Source of the DNA: Vibrio vulnificus CMCP6
GTDB lineage: Bacteria > Pseudomonadota > Gammaproteobacteria > Enterobacterales > Vibrionaceae
DNA: 32,000 nt
Assembly (NCBI RefSeq): GCF_000039765.1
Contig: NC_004459.3
Location: 2,751,127-2,783,126, forward strand
Direction of reading: 5' to 3'
The position numbers and the translations under genes were made by a program. Below the pieces are notes generated by a model. It saw only the letters and a list, made by a program, of their open reading frames with translations, was not told the origin of the DNA and did not search any database. Below are positions 20,308-29,576 of the stretch, piece by piece. How positions within the stretch are numbered: the first letter of the stretch is position 1; every line of letters starts with the position of its first letter.

Positions 20308-20723
20308 AAATAACCTCTGAGATGACTGTAGTACTTTCGTCAATTTTTTGACTGGCAGACTAGTTCTATTTTCTTACCCTATAATATATCAAACCGACAT
20401 AGATGTGACATCTCAAAATCCCGTCCAATTTACATTTACGTCACTTATTGGCGACTTTGATCACGCAGTCTCATTTTTGAAGCAGAATCACAGTTTGATT
20501 CGCTTCGTTAAAAAAGCCAAAACGCTATATAATTCAATTTCAATAAGTTAGAATTTGATCAATAAATCCACTACAATGTCAGAAAATGAGACTTTTCATC
20601 TCTTTTGGCATATTCACACAAGTAATACTAGTGTTAAAAAATTGACGATTTGCTTTAACAATCTCAAAATTAAGACAGTTAATGCTTTAGAATTAGTACA
20701 AATAGATTAGTAGGAGAAACACA
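20308..20723. promoter_or_regulatory. AT-rich divergent regulatory region between the adhesin and the TolC-family gene
   Basis: Two genes diverge from here; no ORF credibly fills it; AT-rich. Confidence 0.6.
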
Positions 20724-22028
20724 GTGAAGTGGACCCAAATAAATGCATTTGCCTTAGGTGCAATGCTGACACTTCCTGCTACAGGGCAAACTCTGGAGCA
20801 AGCTATCTCGATTACATTAGCGACCAATCCTGAGTTAAAAAGTGCATTTAACGAGTTTGTGAGTAAACGCTATGCCAATGAAGCCTCATCCGGCGCGTAC
20901 TTACCTCGAATCGACTTAGACGCTGGTATTGGTTACGAATCCATCAATCCAGCAGAGGGAGAATCTACCGATCTCACTCGAAAAGAAGCCTCTTTAACCT
21001 TCACCCAGTTGATTTGGGATGGTTCGTCGACGCTAAACGATATGGATCGCACTGCGGCCGAAGCCGAGTCTCTTCGTTACCAGTTACTCGCAGATGCTCA
21101 AAACAAAGCGCTTGAAGTAACAAAGGTTTACTTAGATTCTGTTAAAGCGTATGAAATTCTTTCCCTTTCAGAAAGTAACCTCGCTACCCACAAACGTATC
21201 TATAGTGATATTAAAAAGCGCGTGAATTCTGGTATTGGCTCTACTGCCGATCTGTCACAAGTTGAAGCTCGACTAGCAAAGGCACACGGAAACTTGGCAG
21301 CAGCTCAAAATAACTTATTTGACTCACACACCATGTTCACGCGTCTTGTTGGTCAAACGCCGCAATCGCTTATTTTTCCGCGCGCCGACCAAACTCAAAT
21401 TCCATTCACTTTGGATGAAGCGGTCAGTCAAGCGTTTAATCAACACCCTGTGATTAAAGTTTCGCAAGTAGATGTCGATTCTGCTCGTTATCAGTACAAG
21501 CAGACCAAAGGTCGCAACTACCCAACGTTTTCTTTTGAAGCCTCACAAACTTGGCGTGATGACGCCGGCGGCGTAGAAGGAAACAGCGATGAGTTAACCG
21601 CAATGTTGCGCATGCGTTACAACCTATATAACGGCGGAACTGACTCTGCAAACTCTGAAAGTGCAGCTTACCAACTCAACAAAGCGAAAGATTTACGTGA
21701 ACGCACATTTCGTAGTGTTGAAGAAGGTTTGCGTCTCGCGTGGAGTGCCTTGGATTTAACTCTGCAACAAAAAGAGTTCTTATCTGATCACGTGGACTCC
21801 GCGTCAGATACTGTTATTGCTTATGAGAAACAGTACCGCATTGGTAAACGAACATTGCTGGACTTGCTCAATACTGAAAACGAGCTATTTGAAGCACGTA
21901 AAGGTTACTTGGATGCGAAGTATGCCGAGCAATACGCTAAGTTCCGTGTGATGAATGCAACTGGCCAACTGTTAAATGCACTGCGTGTGGATATTCCTAA
22001 AGAATGGGTTGAAGGAGTGGAGTACTAA
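20724..22028 (+). CDS. TolC-family outer membrane protein (LapE/AggA-like T1SS outer membrane component)
   Basis: GTG start with AGGAG; TLEQAISITLATNPELKSAFNEF...DLSQVEARLAKAHGNL...RTLLDLLNTENELFEARKGYLDAKYAEQYAKFRVMNATGQLL. Confidence 0.9.
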   Translation: MKWTQINAFALGAMLTLPATGQTLEQAISITLATNPELKSAFNEFVSKRYANEASSGAYLPRIDLDAGIGYESINPAEGESTDLTRKEASLTFTQLIWDGSSTLNDMDRTAAEAESLRYQLLADAQNKALEVTKVYLDSVKAYEILSLSESNLATHKRIYSDIKKRVNSGIGSTADLSQVEARLAKAHGNLAAAQNNLFDSHTMFTRLVGQTPQSLIFPRADQTQIPFTLDEAVSQAFNQHPVIKVSQVDVDSARYQYKQTKGRNYPTFSFEASQTWRDDAGGVEGNSDELTAMLRMRYNLYNGGTDSANSESAAYQLNKAKDLRERTFRSVEEGLRLAWSALDLTLQQKEFLSDHVDSASDTVIAYEKQYRIGKRTLLDLLNTENELFEARKGYLDAKYAEQYAKFRVMNATGQLLNALRVDIPKEWVEGVEY

Positions 22029-22029
22029 T

Positions 22030-22656
22030 ATGAAAGCATTTATTTTGCCTCTCATTTGTTTAACATTTGCGGCAACGCCCGTGATTGCAAGCGATAAAGC
22101 TGATGAGTACGACTACTTGGCGACACCACGCGCCGATCAACTTGCCGATCTGCAAGACCAAGATCGAGACGGCGTGATCAACGCGAGAGACTTGTGCCCT
22201 GATACACCAAGTACTGCTGAAATCGATAATGACGGTTGTGGCACTTACGTTAAAACCTCGCAGCAGATGCAAATCCGAGTTTTGTTTGCGAATGACTCAG
22301 ATAAAATTAATCCTGTTTTCCGTAAACAGATTAAAGAGATGTCAGAGTTTTTGAAGCTTTACCCATCAACTTCAATCGAACTACAAGGCTACGCAAGCCG
22401 CACAGGTAATGCAGAACATAACTTAGATCTGTCAAAGCGCCGAGCTAATAACGTACGTGAAATGTTGATTGGTTATGGTATTGCTCAAAGCCGAGTACGT
22501 ATCGTCGGCTTCGGTGATAGTGCCTTAGCCAATGAAGGGACGGATGAAGTCAGTCACGCACTTAACCGACGTGTCGTCGCCTCTGTTGTAGGATACAAAG
22601 GGGACGTGAAAGAAGAGTGGACTATTTTTACTAGCATACCGAAAGCGAAGAAGTAG
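22030..22656 (+). CDS. OmpA-family protein with thrombospondin type-3-like calcium repeat
   Basis: Likely start MKAFILPLICLTFAATPVIAS (signal peptide) at 22030, right after the TolC-family stop; DQDRDGVINARDLCPDTP; OmpA core IELQGYASRTGNAEHNLDLSKRRANNVREMLIGYGIAQSRVRIVGFGDS. Confidence 0.9.
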   Translation: MKAFILPLICLTFAATPVIASDKADEYDYLATPRADQLADLQDQDRDGVINARDLCPDTPSTAEIDNDGCGTYVKTSQQMQIRVLFANDSDKINPVFRKQIKEMSEFLKLYPSTSIELQGYASRTGNAEHNLDLSKRRANNVREMLIGYGIAQSRVRIVGFGDSALANEGTDEVSHALNRRVVASVVGYKGDVKEEWTIFTSIPKAKK

Positions 22657-22666
22657 TTTTTCACGT

Positions 22667-22692
22667 AAGGGGCATTTCGCCCCTTTTCTTTT
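22667..22692 (+). terminator. Terminator after the tolC-like/ompA-like pair
   Basis: AAGGGGC-atttc-GCCCCTTTTCTTTT. Confidence 0.75.
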
Positions 22693-22772
22693 ACTCAGAA
22701 ATTAATCTCGCATTGGTAACTCTTGGATTAAGTGATACTCTTAGCGACGGTTATTCATAACGAGATTTTACA

Positions 22773-23123
22773 ATGAGCAAATTGACCGCAGATACCCAAG
22801 CAAACCTAGAATTATTTATTGAAGAGACTCAAAGCACCAAGTTGGTTTGGGGTTTGCGTAACGAAGAAGGATGGCTAGCTTGTGACTCAACAGAGTTTGA
22901 GCAAAGTGAAGTTATGCCATTCTGGTCAACCAAAGAAGACGCTATGGCACATAACGTTGAAGAGTGGGCTGACTTTGAAGTGTTAGAAATTCCTCTAGAC
23001 ATCTTCGTTGAAGATTGGTTGATCACCTTAGATGAAGACGGTGTTCTTGTTGGTGTTAACTGGAATGCTCAACTTGAAGGTAAAGAAATCGAACCGTCAG
23101 AATTGGCAAAAATGTACCTGTAA
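22773..23123 (+). CDS. DUF2750 family protein
   Basis: LVWGLRNEEGWLACDSTEFEQSEVMPFWSTKEDA...FVEDWLITLDEDGVLVGVNWNAQLEGKEIEPSELA. Confidence 0.75.
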   Translation: MSKLTADTQANLELFIEETQSTKLVWGLRNEEGWLACDSTEFEQSEVMPFWSTKEDAMAHNVEEWADFEVLEIPLDIFVEDWLITLDEDGVLVGVNWNAQLEGKEIEPSELAKMYL

Positions 23124-23320
23124 TCTTCAGATTCGTTTCATTTATCTATTTCAGACCAGCATTACAATGCTGGTCTTTGTACATTGGAACATTAAATCTC
23201 TTCGCTCTATCGAAAAACACTGAAATCATATGCATATTTTATTGTTAGTTATCGAGTGGATCACACCGTTCTCCGTACGTAAAAGATAAGATAGACGACT
23301 GGCTTCCCCTTTCTAGCACC

Positions 23321-25255
23321 ATGTTTATACGTAAATTACTTTTATGGATCGTTCTGCTGTTTTGTTCCGTACCCGCTTTCGCAGAAAGCAGCAGTTTTCA
23401 TCATTGGTATCAGTTCTATCAACAGAAACTAAAAGCCGATGACGGCGCAGCCTTTGACTTGCTACAAGAGCGTTACTCAGCACTATTGCCGAGCGCCGAG
23501 AAGCTCTACGTCAGCGGGCTACTGTTTGATTACCTTTCAAATAGAGATCAGCCCTACTATGGTGCAAGTCAGCATCGAGATAGCCACTTTGCTCGCCAAG
23601 AAGCTCTCTATGTGGATGCAATGTATTTGCGCAAAGAGGGGCAATACGATTCTGCCGTTGAGAAATTCCGAGCCGTATTGAATCATGCCGCTCAACTCGA
23701 TGAAAAAAACACCAAAGAACTCATTTACTATCAGCTTTGCTACACGCTGAACGAGCAAGGTGAACTCCACAAAGCGAAACACTTCTGTTCAAAGCTGCAA
23801 CAGCAGATAGATAGCAATGACAGTACATTACTGCCGAAATACCTGAGCTATCGTATCATCGCCAACAATTTCAGCTACCGAGGCGAGCCCCATCTTGCGC
23901 TAGCAAACTACCAGAAGATGCTGCGCACCCTACCCGCTAACGCCGATCGTTCAGGCGCTTTTAATGATATTGGCAACCAGTTGCGTGAAGTCAGCCAATT
24001 TCAACAATCAGAAAACTACCTTCTCGATGCTTTGGCAATTAGACGAAATGCAAGTACGCCAACAGAGCTCGCTCAAGTGTTACACAGCCTCGCGCAACTC
24101 TATGCTGATTGGCATAAACACGAGCAAGCGGAGAGTTATTATCAACAAGCACTTGCCCTATTACGTAAAGACCAGCATACCTTCGGTCTCGCGATGACCT
24201 ACTCCGGACTTGGCTCTCTGTATATTGAACAAGGGGAATTCGCTAAAGGGAAGGAACTGCTTAATCAAGCGCTAAATGAAGCCAACTTAGGTCAAAATCA
24301 CCGTTTAAGCGCGGAAATTCATTATCGCTTTAGCCTTGCCTACTTACAGGCAGGGGAACTTCAGGCGTCACTTTCTCATGCCGACCAAGCGTATCAATCT
24401 GCGGTTTCAATGGATTTTCTTTCGCTTCAGGCAAAAGCATCACTACAACTTTCTGAGACTTATAAGGCACTGGCTGATTTTCCCCGAGCCTACGAGTGTT
24501 ACCACCGATATGCCGAGATCGAGTTTCGATTAAGAGACAAAGACACTACCAGTGCACTTGAAGCGTTGGATCTTGCTCAGCAGCAGTTTGAATACCAGTT
24601 GCGCATTGCACAGTTGCAAAGTGACAACGACAAAAAACTGATTGAGCTGCAAAACTACCAACAAAAAAAATCACTTTATAGCTTATTGATCGCGGCAGCG
24701 CTTATCGTTGTTGGGTTATTTTTTCTCACCAGTCAGCAAAAAAGAAAGCAATCTCAGCTCGATATGATGACGGGAGCATTGAATCGTGGCTCAGCGATCA
24801 AAGCAATTAAGCAAGCCAGCTCAGCAAAGCGTCCACACAGCAAAAACGTTTTGATTCTGTTTGATCTCGATAACTTCAAATGGGTCAATGATCAGTTTGG
24901 TCATCCAACGGGAGATAAGCTGTTAATCACTATTTGCAAAACTTTGCTTGGGGAGCTGCAAAGAGGCGATATTCTTGGCAGATTAGGTGGTGAGGAATTT
25001 ATCTTGTTGCTGCGAGAAGTCGAAGATATCGATGTGCAATTTCGCGTTGAAAAGTTACATGACCTGATTAGTGAGTGTCGTGTCGCTTCTCCATCAAATA
25101 CCGCAGTGTCTGCTAGTGCTAGTTTCTCTTTTCTCGCTACTCCTAGAGCGCTTTCAGATTTCGATGAGCTCTATTCTATCTTGGATCAAGCGCTTTATCA
25201 GGCGAAGAAAAACGGCCGTAACACCATCATTGATGCCTACAACGCCGCGATTTAA
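23321..25255 (+). CDS. Periplasmic TPR sensor plus cytoplasmic GGDEF diguanylate cyclase
   Basis: Signal peptide MFIRKLLLWIVLLFCSVPAFAES, multiple TPR-like helices, TM SLLIAAALIVVGLFFLTS, then GRLGGEEFILLLREVED. Confidence 0.92.
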   Translation: MFIRKLLLWIVLLFCSVPAFAESSSFHHWYQFYQQKLKADDGAAFDLLQERYSALLPSAEKLYVSGLLFDYLSNRDQPYYGASQHRDSHFARQEALYVDAMYLRKEGQYDSAVEKFRAVLNHAAQLDEKNTKELIYYQLCYTLNEQGELHKAKHFCSKLQQQIDSNDSTLLPKYLSYRIIANNFSYRGEPHLALANYQKMLRTLPANADRSGAFNDIGNQLREVSQFQQSENYLLDALAIRRNASTPTELAQVLHSLAQLYADWHKHEQAESYYQQALALLRKDQHTFGLAMTYSGLGSLYIEQGEFAKGKELLNQALNEANLGQNHRLSAEIHYRFSLAYLQAGELQASLSHADQAYQSAVSMDFLSLQAKASLQLSETYKALADFPRAYECYHRYAEIEFRLRDKDTTSALEALDLAQQQFEYQLRIAQLQSDNDKKLIELQNYQQKKSLYSLLIAAALIVVGLFFLTSQQKRKQSQLDMMTGALNRGSAIKAIKQASSAKRPHSKNVLILFDLDNFKWVNDQFGHPTGDKLLITICKTLLGELQRGDILGRLGGEEFILLLREVEDIDVQFRVEKLHDLISECRVASPSNTAVSASASFSFLATPRALSDFDELYSILDQALYQAKKNGRNTIIDAYNAAI

Positions 25256-25281
25256 ACCCATATTTGATTGAACAGAAAATG

Positions 25282-25327
25282 AAAAAGCGATAATTCCTGT
25301 GCGCTAAAGGCGCCAGAGAATTATCGC
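25282..25327 (-). terminator. Long-stem hairpin terminator for the queE-queC transcript
   Basis: Perfect GCGATAATTC (25287-25296) / GAATTATCGC (25318-25327) inverted repeat with inner GCGC/GCGC pairing; followed on the minus strand by TTTTTC. Confidence 0.7.
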
Positions 25328-25364
25328 GACTCAACAGCAATGCCGTCATCTTGTGTTTCGTTTA

Positions 25365-26066
25365 TTAAGATTCGGCGTGCTGCTTTTCAACTAGAGAAGC
25401 CATGATCGCCTCACGGTTGTCTAAATAGTCATTGAGACCCACTTTACGTAAGTGACAAGAAGGACAATCACCACAACCATCACCAATGATGCCGTTGTAA
25501 CACGTTAAGGTTTTTTCTCTGACCAATTGCAAAGCGTTATTTTGATCCGCAAGCGCCCACGTCTCTGTTTTATTGAGCCACATGAGTGGTGTTTGGATCA
25601 CTAATGGCTTATCCATGCCCTTCACAAGCGCACTGTTCATCGCTTTGACAAAGTCATCACGACAATCTGGATAGCCAGAAAAATCGGTTTCACACACTCC
25701 AGTAATGATCGTCTGTGCGCCAATTTGATAAGCGTAAATGCCCGCCAAAGTGAGGAAAAGAATGTTACGACCAGGAACAAACGAGTTGGGTAAACCATTC
25801 TCCTGCAGTTCATGAGATACAGGAATATCGTCGCGAGTCAGTGAACTGATGGCCAACTCATTGAGCAGCGTCACATCCATCACTTTGTGTGCAGCCACAC
25901 CCAGTTCTTTCGCCAGATTTTGCGCCACTTCGATTTCAAGACGGTGACGTTGGCCATAATCAAACGTGATGGCATGCACTTCATCAAATTCATTGAGTGC
26001 TTTGACTAAACAGGTCGTCGAATCCTGACCACCACTAAAAACCACAACGGCTTTGTTCATAAACAA
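25365..26066 (-). CDS. queC: 7-cyano-7-deazaguanine synthase
   Basis: [19 protein letters not shown]-loop; [22 protein letters not shown] zinc-binding Cys cluster. Confidence 0.95.
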   Translation of the reverse strand: MFMNKAVVVFSGGQDSTTCLVKALNEFDEVHAITFDYGQRHRLEIEVAQNLAKELGVAAHKVMDVTLLNELAISSLTRDDIPVSHELQENGLPNSFVPGRNILFLTLAGIYAYQIGAQTIITGVCETDFSGYPDCRDDFVKAMNSALVKGMDKPLVIQTPLMWLNKTETWALADQNNALQLVREKTLTCYNGIIGDGCGDCPSCHLRKVGLNDYLDNREAIMASLVEKQHAES

Positions 26067-26072
26067 TCCCTC

Positions 26073-26741
26073 TTACGCGATACTCAGGTACTTATGTGTT
26101 TGAATCGACAAACGCCAATTGCGCTTAATACAGGTGTCGATGCACAACTGAGTGGCTCTCTCTTTTTGACTAATAGGTTGCAGTGCGATCACCGTTGTTG
26201 CAGGCACTTGAGCGCGAAGCAGTAAAGCGTCTAACTGGTCGATGTCTTTCTGGGTACCGACCGGATGTTTGATCTCGTTGGCTCGTTGTAATGCACTGTC
26301 TAAGATCGGCAACTTACCTTTCATCGCGACTTTAGGCGATACCGTCACCCAAGTGTTTTCGCTTGCTTTGACTTCGTAAGTACCACTGGTCTCTATCTGA
26401 CATTGGCAGCCAATGGCTTCAAATGCTTGTGTCAGCTCAGTGAGATCGTACAAACAAGGTTCACCACCAGTAATGACGATGTGCTTGGCGCTGTAACCTT
26501 GACGTTGGTACTGCTCAACAATAGCTGCGGCATCCGCTTGACACCAAGTCGGACTGTCCCCTGTTTTAACGATGATCTCAGCAAAGCTTTGTTCATCTTG
26601 CTCTGCTGCTTCCCACGTTTGCTTGGTATCACACCAAGAGCACCCTACAGGACAAATCTGCAAGCGCACGAAAACCGCTGGAACACCAGTAAACACACCT
26701 TCGCCCTGAATGGTTTCAAACATCTCGTTAACTTTGTACAA
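26073..26741 (-). CDS. queE: 7-carboxy-7-deazaguanine synthase
   Basis: YKVNEMFETIQGEGVFTGVPAVFVRLQICPVGCSWCDTKQTW radical SAM motif; likely start is TTG at 26741, not the supplied 26807. Confidence 0.93.
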   Translation of the reverse strand: MYKVNEMFETIQGEGVFTGVPAVFVRLQICPVGCSWCDTKQTWEAAEQDEQSFAEIIVKTGDSPTWCQADAAAIVEQYQRQGYSAKHIVITGGEPCLYDLTELTQAFEAIGCQCQIETSGTYEVKASENTWVTVSPKVAMKGKLPILDSALQRANEIKHPVGTQKDIDQLDALLLRAQVPATTVIALQPISQKERATQLCIDTCIKRNWRLSIQTHKYLSIA

Positions 26742-26915
26742 CGTCACTACAACCCTAAAAATTTTTCGCAAGGCGCAGACCTTAAATGAGACTCGCCCCG
26801 AGGTCAAATGAATCTCTTCTCAACGAAAAAATTCATTGTTAATTTGGCTCATTTTATAGTTTCATACGCCTCATTATTCTTTTCTCTTTTTCATTTTCAT
26901 TAAGTGTAGGTAAGC

Positions 26916-27725
26916 ATGTACAAGTTGATTGCGCTGGATATGGACGGCACATTACTCAATAGTGACAAACAGATCTCTGAACCCAATAAGGAAGCGATTC
27001 GCCAAGCTCGCGCTGCAGGCGTGACCGTGGTACTTGCTTCAGGCCGCCCGTTAGAGGGGATGCAAAGCAAACTGGAAGAATTACAGATCGATTCAGACAA
27101 AGACTTTGTTCTTTTTTACAACGGTTCGATGGTTAAGAACGTGGCAACGGGTGAGATCATCCATGAGCAGATCATCGATGGCAAAGCGGCGAAAAAAATC
27201 GCTCGTTTGGCTGATAAACTGGGGGTATTTGTACACGCGTTCAGCAAAGAATTTGGCCTGATTACTCCGCAAAACAATCCTTACACCGATATTGAAGCCA
27301 ACATCAATGGTCTCAGTATTACCGAAATGAATTTTGATGCCTTAGCGGATGACCACCCAATCATCAAAACCATGATTGTGGCGGAGCCCTCAGAGCTCAC
27401 CAAAGCCATCGCCGCCCTACCCGCCACATTGCATGATGAGTTCACCATTGTTCAAAGCGCACCATTCTTCCTCGAGTTTTTAAACCCAGCCAGTAATAAA
27501 GGAATTGGCGTGGCTGCGATTGCGGAATATCTCGGCATTCGCGCGGAAGAAGTGATTTGTATGGGGGACGCAGAAAACGATCACCACATGTTGAAATACG
27601 CAGGGCTTGGCATTGCTATGGCTAACGCGATGGAAGAGACCAAGCAAATCGCAGATTACATCACTGACAGTAATAATGACCATGGCGTCGCAACGGCGAT
27701 TGAGAAGTTTGTCCTGCAAGCCTGA
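26916..27725 (+). CDS. yidA: Cof-type HAD family sugar-phosphatase
   Basis: MYKLIALDMDGTLLNSDKQISEPNKEAIRQARAAGVTVVLASGRP...GIGVAAIAEYLGI...ICMGDAENDHHMLKYAGLGIAMANA. Confidence 0.88.
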   Translation: MYKLIALDMDGTLLNSDKQISEPNKEAIRQARAAGVTVVLASGRPLEGMQSKLEELQIDSDKDFVLFYNGSMVKNVATGEIIHEQIIDGKAAKKIARLADKLGVFVHAFSKEFGLITPQNNPYTDIEANINGLSITEMNFDALADDHPIIKTMIVAEPSELTKAIAALPATLHDEFTIVQSAPFFLEFLNPASNKGIGVAAIAEYLGIRAEEVICMGDAENDHHMLKYAGLGIAMANAMEETKQIADYITDSNNDHGVATAIEKFVLQA

Positions 27726-27879
27726 TGAGTGCTAGAGAGGGATTGTCTCCCTCTCTACTACCTTCAAACTGGGAGCAGGTTAATACTTTATCCTTTTTTA
27801 CTTAATTTTTACCGTACAATTAGCCGGTAAAGTGATAGCATTAGTGTGATTACTTTAATCTCAACAAAGTGAGCACTAA

Positions 27880-29517
27880 ATGTTTGTTAATCTTTCAATA
27901 AAACAAAAAATTATCTTCCCTGTTTTTCTTATTATTTCTCTATTCGCCATTAGCTCTGTGTTGAATATTCTCGCTTCTCAAAAGCAAACCGAGCTTACTC
28001 ATACCCTTCGTGATGACATCATGCCAACGCTCTTCACCATTGAAGATGCGTATCGTGATATGTATCAGGCGACGTCCGCGATCCAAGGTTTGGTTCTTTC
28101 TGATACCAAACAAGAAATTGAACGCGAGCAGTTTGAATACAAAGACAACGCACACAAAGCTATTCCTCGTATGAAAGCGGCGCAAAAGTTAATCGATTCA
28201 GGACTTTTGCCTTCCAGCGCGCAACGTGAGCTCGACGTGTTAGTCACACTGGCCAATAGCTGGCTAAAGGATTACGAAACGTTACTCAGCCTACCTGAGG
28301 ATCAGTGGTTTACGTATTACGATGAAAACAAGGGCACATTCGATAAGAAGTTTTCAGCGACTCGTAAACAACTCAATGTCGTGAAAGAGCTGATTGAAGC
28401 ATCACAACAAGAGTTACAAAAGCAAGTTAATGATGCCTCCGCACAAGCTGAACGCACTTTGGAACTAGGCACTCTATTTGTTATTGCCCTTGCGACTGCG
28501 ATGTGTTGGTTCCTTATTAAAGCCATCGTGACGCCAATTGAACATATTCGTACCGCCATGGATGAAATTGCCTCTGGTGATGGCGATTTGCGTCAACGCA
28601 TCGAAATGGATAGCAATGATGAAATCGGCCAACTTGCTGGCGCGTTTAACGTGTTTGTCAGCAAAATCCAAGCAACCATTGAGCAGGTGGTGAATACGAC
28701 CAATAATGTCCGTAGTGAAATGAACCAGCTAACGGAAATCACTCGCTCTGTTGCAGATTCAACCTATCGCCAACAACAAGAAAGCGAAGTGGTGGCCGCT
28801 GCCGTGCATGAAATGCAAGCAACCAGTCAAAGCGTGAGTGACAACGCAACGGATGCCGCAACAGAAAGCCACAACGCTGATCAAGAAGTGCAAAACACCA
28901 GTCAAATTGTTGATAGCACTGTGGACGCGATCCGCCGCCTTGCTGACGATATCAACAACGCAAGTCATGTGATCCACACACTTGACGATGATGTGAGTAA
29001 CATCGCTTCTATTTTGGACGTGATTCGTGGCATCGCAGAACAAACCAACCTTCTGGCGCTAAACGCAGCCATCGAAGCGGCGCGTGCTGGTGAGCAAGGC
29101 CGTGGATTTGCCGTTGTCGCAGATGAAGTACGTTCACTCGCGAGCCGCACTCAGCAAAGTACAGGTGAAATCCAAACCATGATTGAACGCTTACAAGGCG
29201 GCGCGCGCCAAGCGGTATCGGTAATGGAATCAAGCAAACGCAGCAGTGACTCCACTATTGAGTCAGCGCAATCTGCAACTCATTCTCTGCAAGAGATTTT
29301 GCGCGCGATTGCCAATATGAGTGAGATGAACACACAAATCGCCACCGCAGCGAATCAACAAAGCAGCGTAAGTGAAGAAGTCAACGCCAACGTTCAACGC
29401 ATCGCAGACAACAGCAGCGCGATTGTGAGTGTGGTTCAAAATGCCGAGACCGCCATTCAACGTCTATCACAGCAATGTGGTCAGTTGGATAGCCTTGTGT
29501 CGCAGTTCAAATGCTAA
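27880..29517 (+). CDS. Methyl-accepting chemotaxis protein with HAMP domain
   Basis: N-terminal TM, periplasmic helical region, HAMP, hairpin [52 protein letters not shown]. Confidence 0.95.
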   Translation: MFVNLSIKQKIIFPVFLIISLFAISSVLNILASQKQTELTHTLRDDIMPTLFTIEDAYRDMYQATSAIQGLVLSDTKQEIEREQFEYKDNAHKAIPRMKAAQKLIDSGLLPSSAQRELDVLVTLANSWLKDYETLLSLPEDQWFTYYDENKGTFDKKFSATRKQLNVVKELIEASQQELQKQVNDASAQAERTLELGTLFVIALATAMCWFLIKAIVTPIEHIRTAMDEIASGDGDLRQRIEMDSNDEIGQLAGAFNVFVSKIQATIEQVVNTTNNVRSEMNQLTEITRSVADSTYRQQQESEVVAAAVHEMQATSQSVSDNATDAATESHNADQEVQNTSQIVDSTVDAIRRLADDINNASHVIHTLDDDVSNIASILDVIRGIAEQTNLLALNAAIEAARAGEQGRGFAVVADEVRSLASRTQQSTGEIQTMIERLQGGARQAVSVMESSKRSSDSTIESAQSATHSLQEILRAIANMSEMNTQIATAANQQSSVSEEVNANVQRIADNSSAIVSVVQNAETAIQRLSQQCGQLDSLVSQFKC

Positions 29518-29530
29518 TTTGCCAAGAGTA

Positions 29531-29570
29531 AAAAAAACGCCTCGGACAAAAAACCGAGGCGTTTTTATTT
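29531..29570. terminator. Bidirectional terminator between convergent genes
   Basis: AAAAAAACGCCTCGG-acaaaaaa-CCGAGGCGTTTTT. Confidence 0.85.
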
Positions 29571-29576
29571 CTTCAC

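Noticed and set aside
18571-20343. Adhesin start at the supplied coordinate 20343
   Set aside because: That start is a TTG without a Shine-Dalgarno; the ATG at 20307 has a well-placed AGAGG.
25365-26741. queC/queE as part of a deazaguanine DNA-modification (Dpd-like) system
   Set aside because: No dpd-type genes, transglycosylase or restriction partners nearby; this looks like ordinary queuosine biosynthesis.
27733-27757. Perfect 10-bp hairpin TAGAGAGGGA-TTGTC-TCCCTCTCTA after yidA as a definite terminator
   Set aside because: The stem is perfect but no T tract follows, so I do not call it as an intrinsic terminator.
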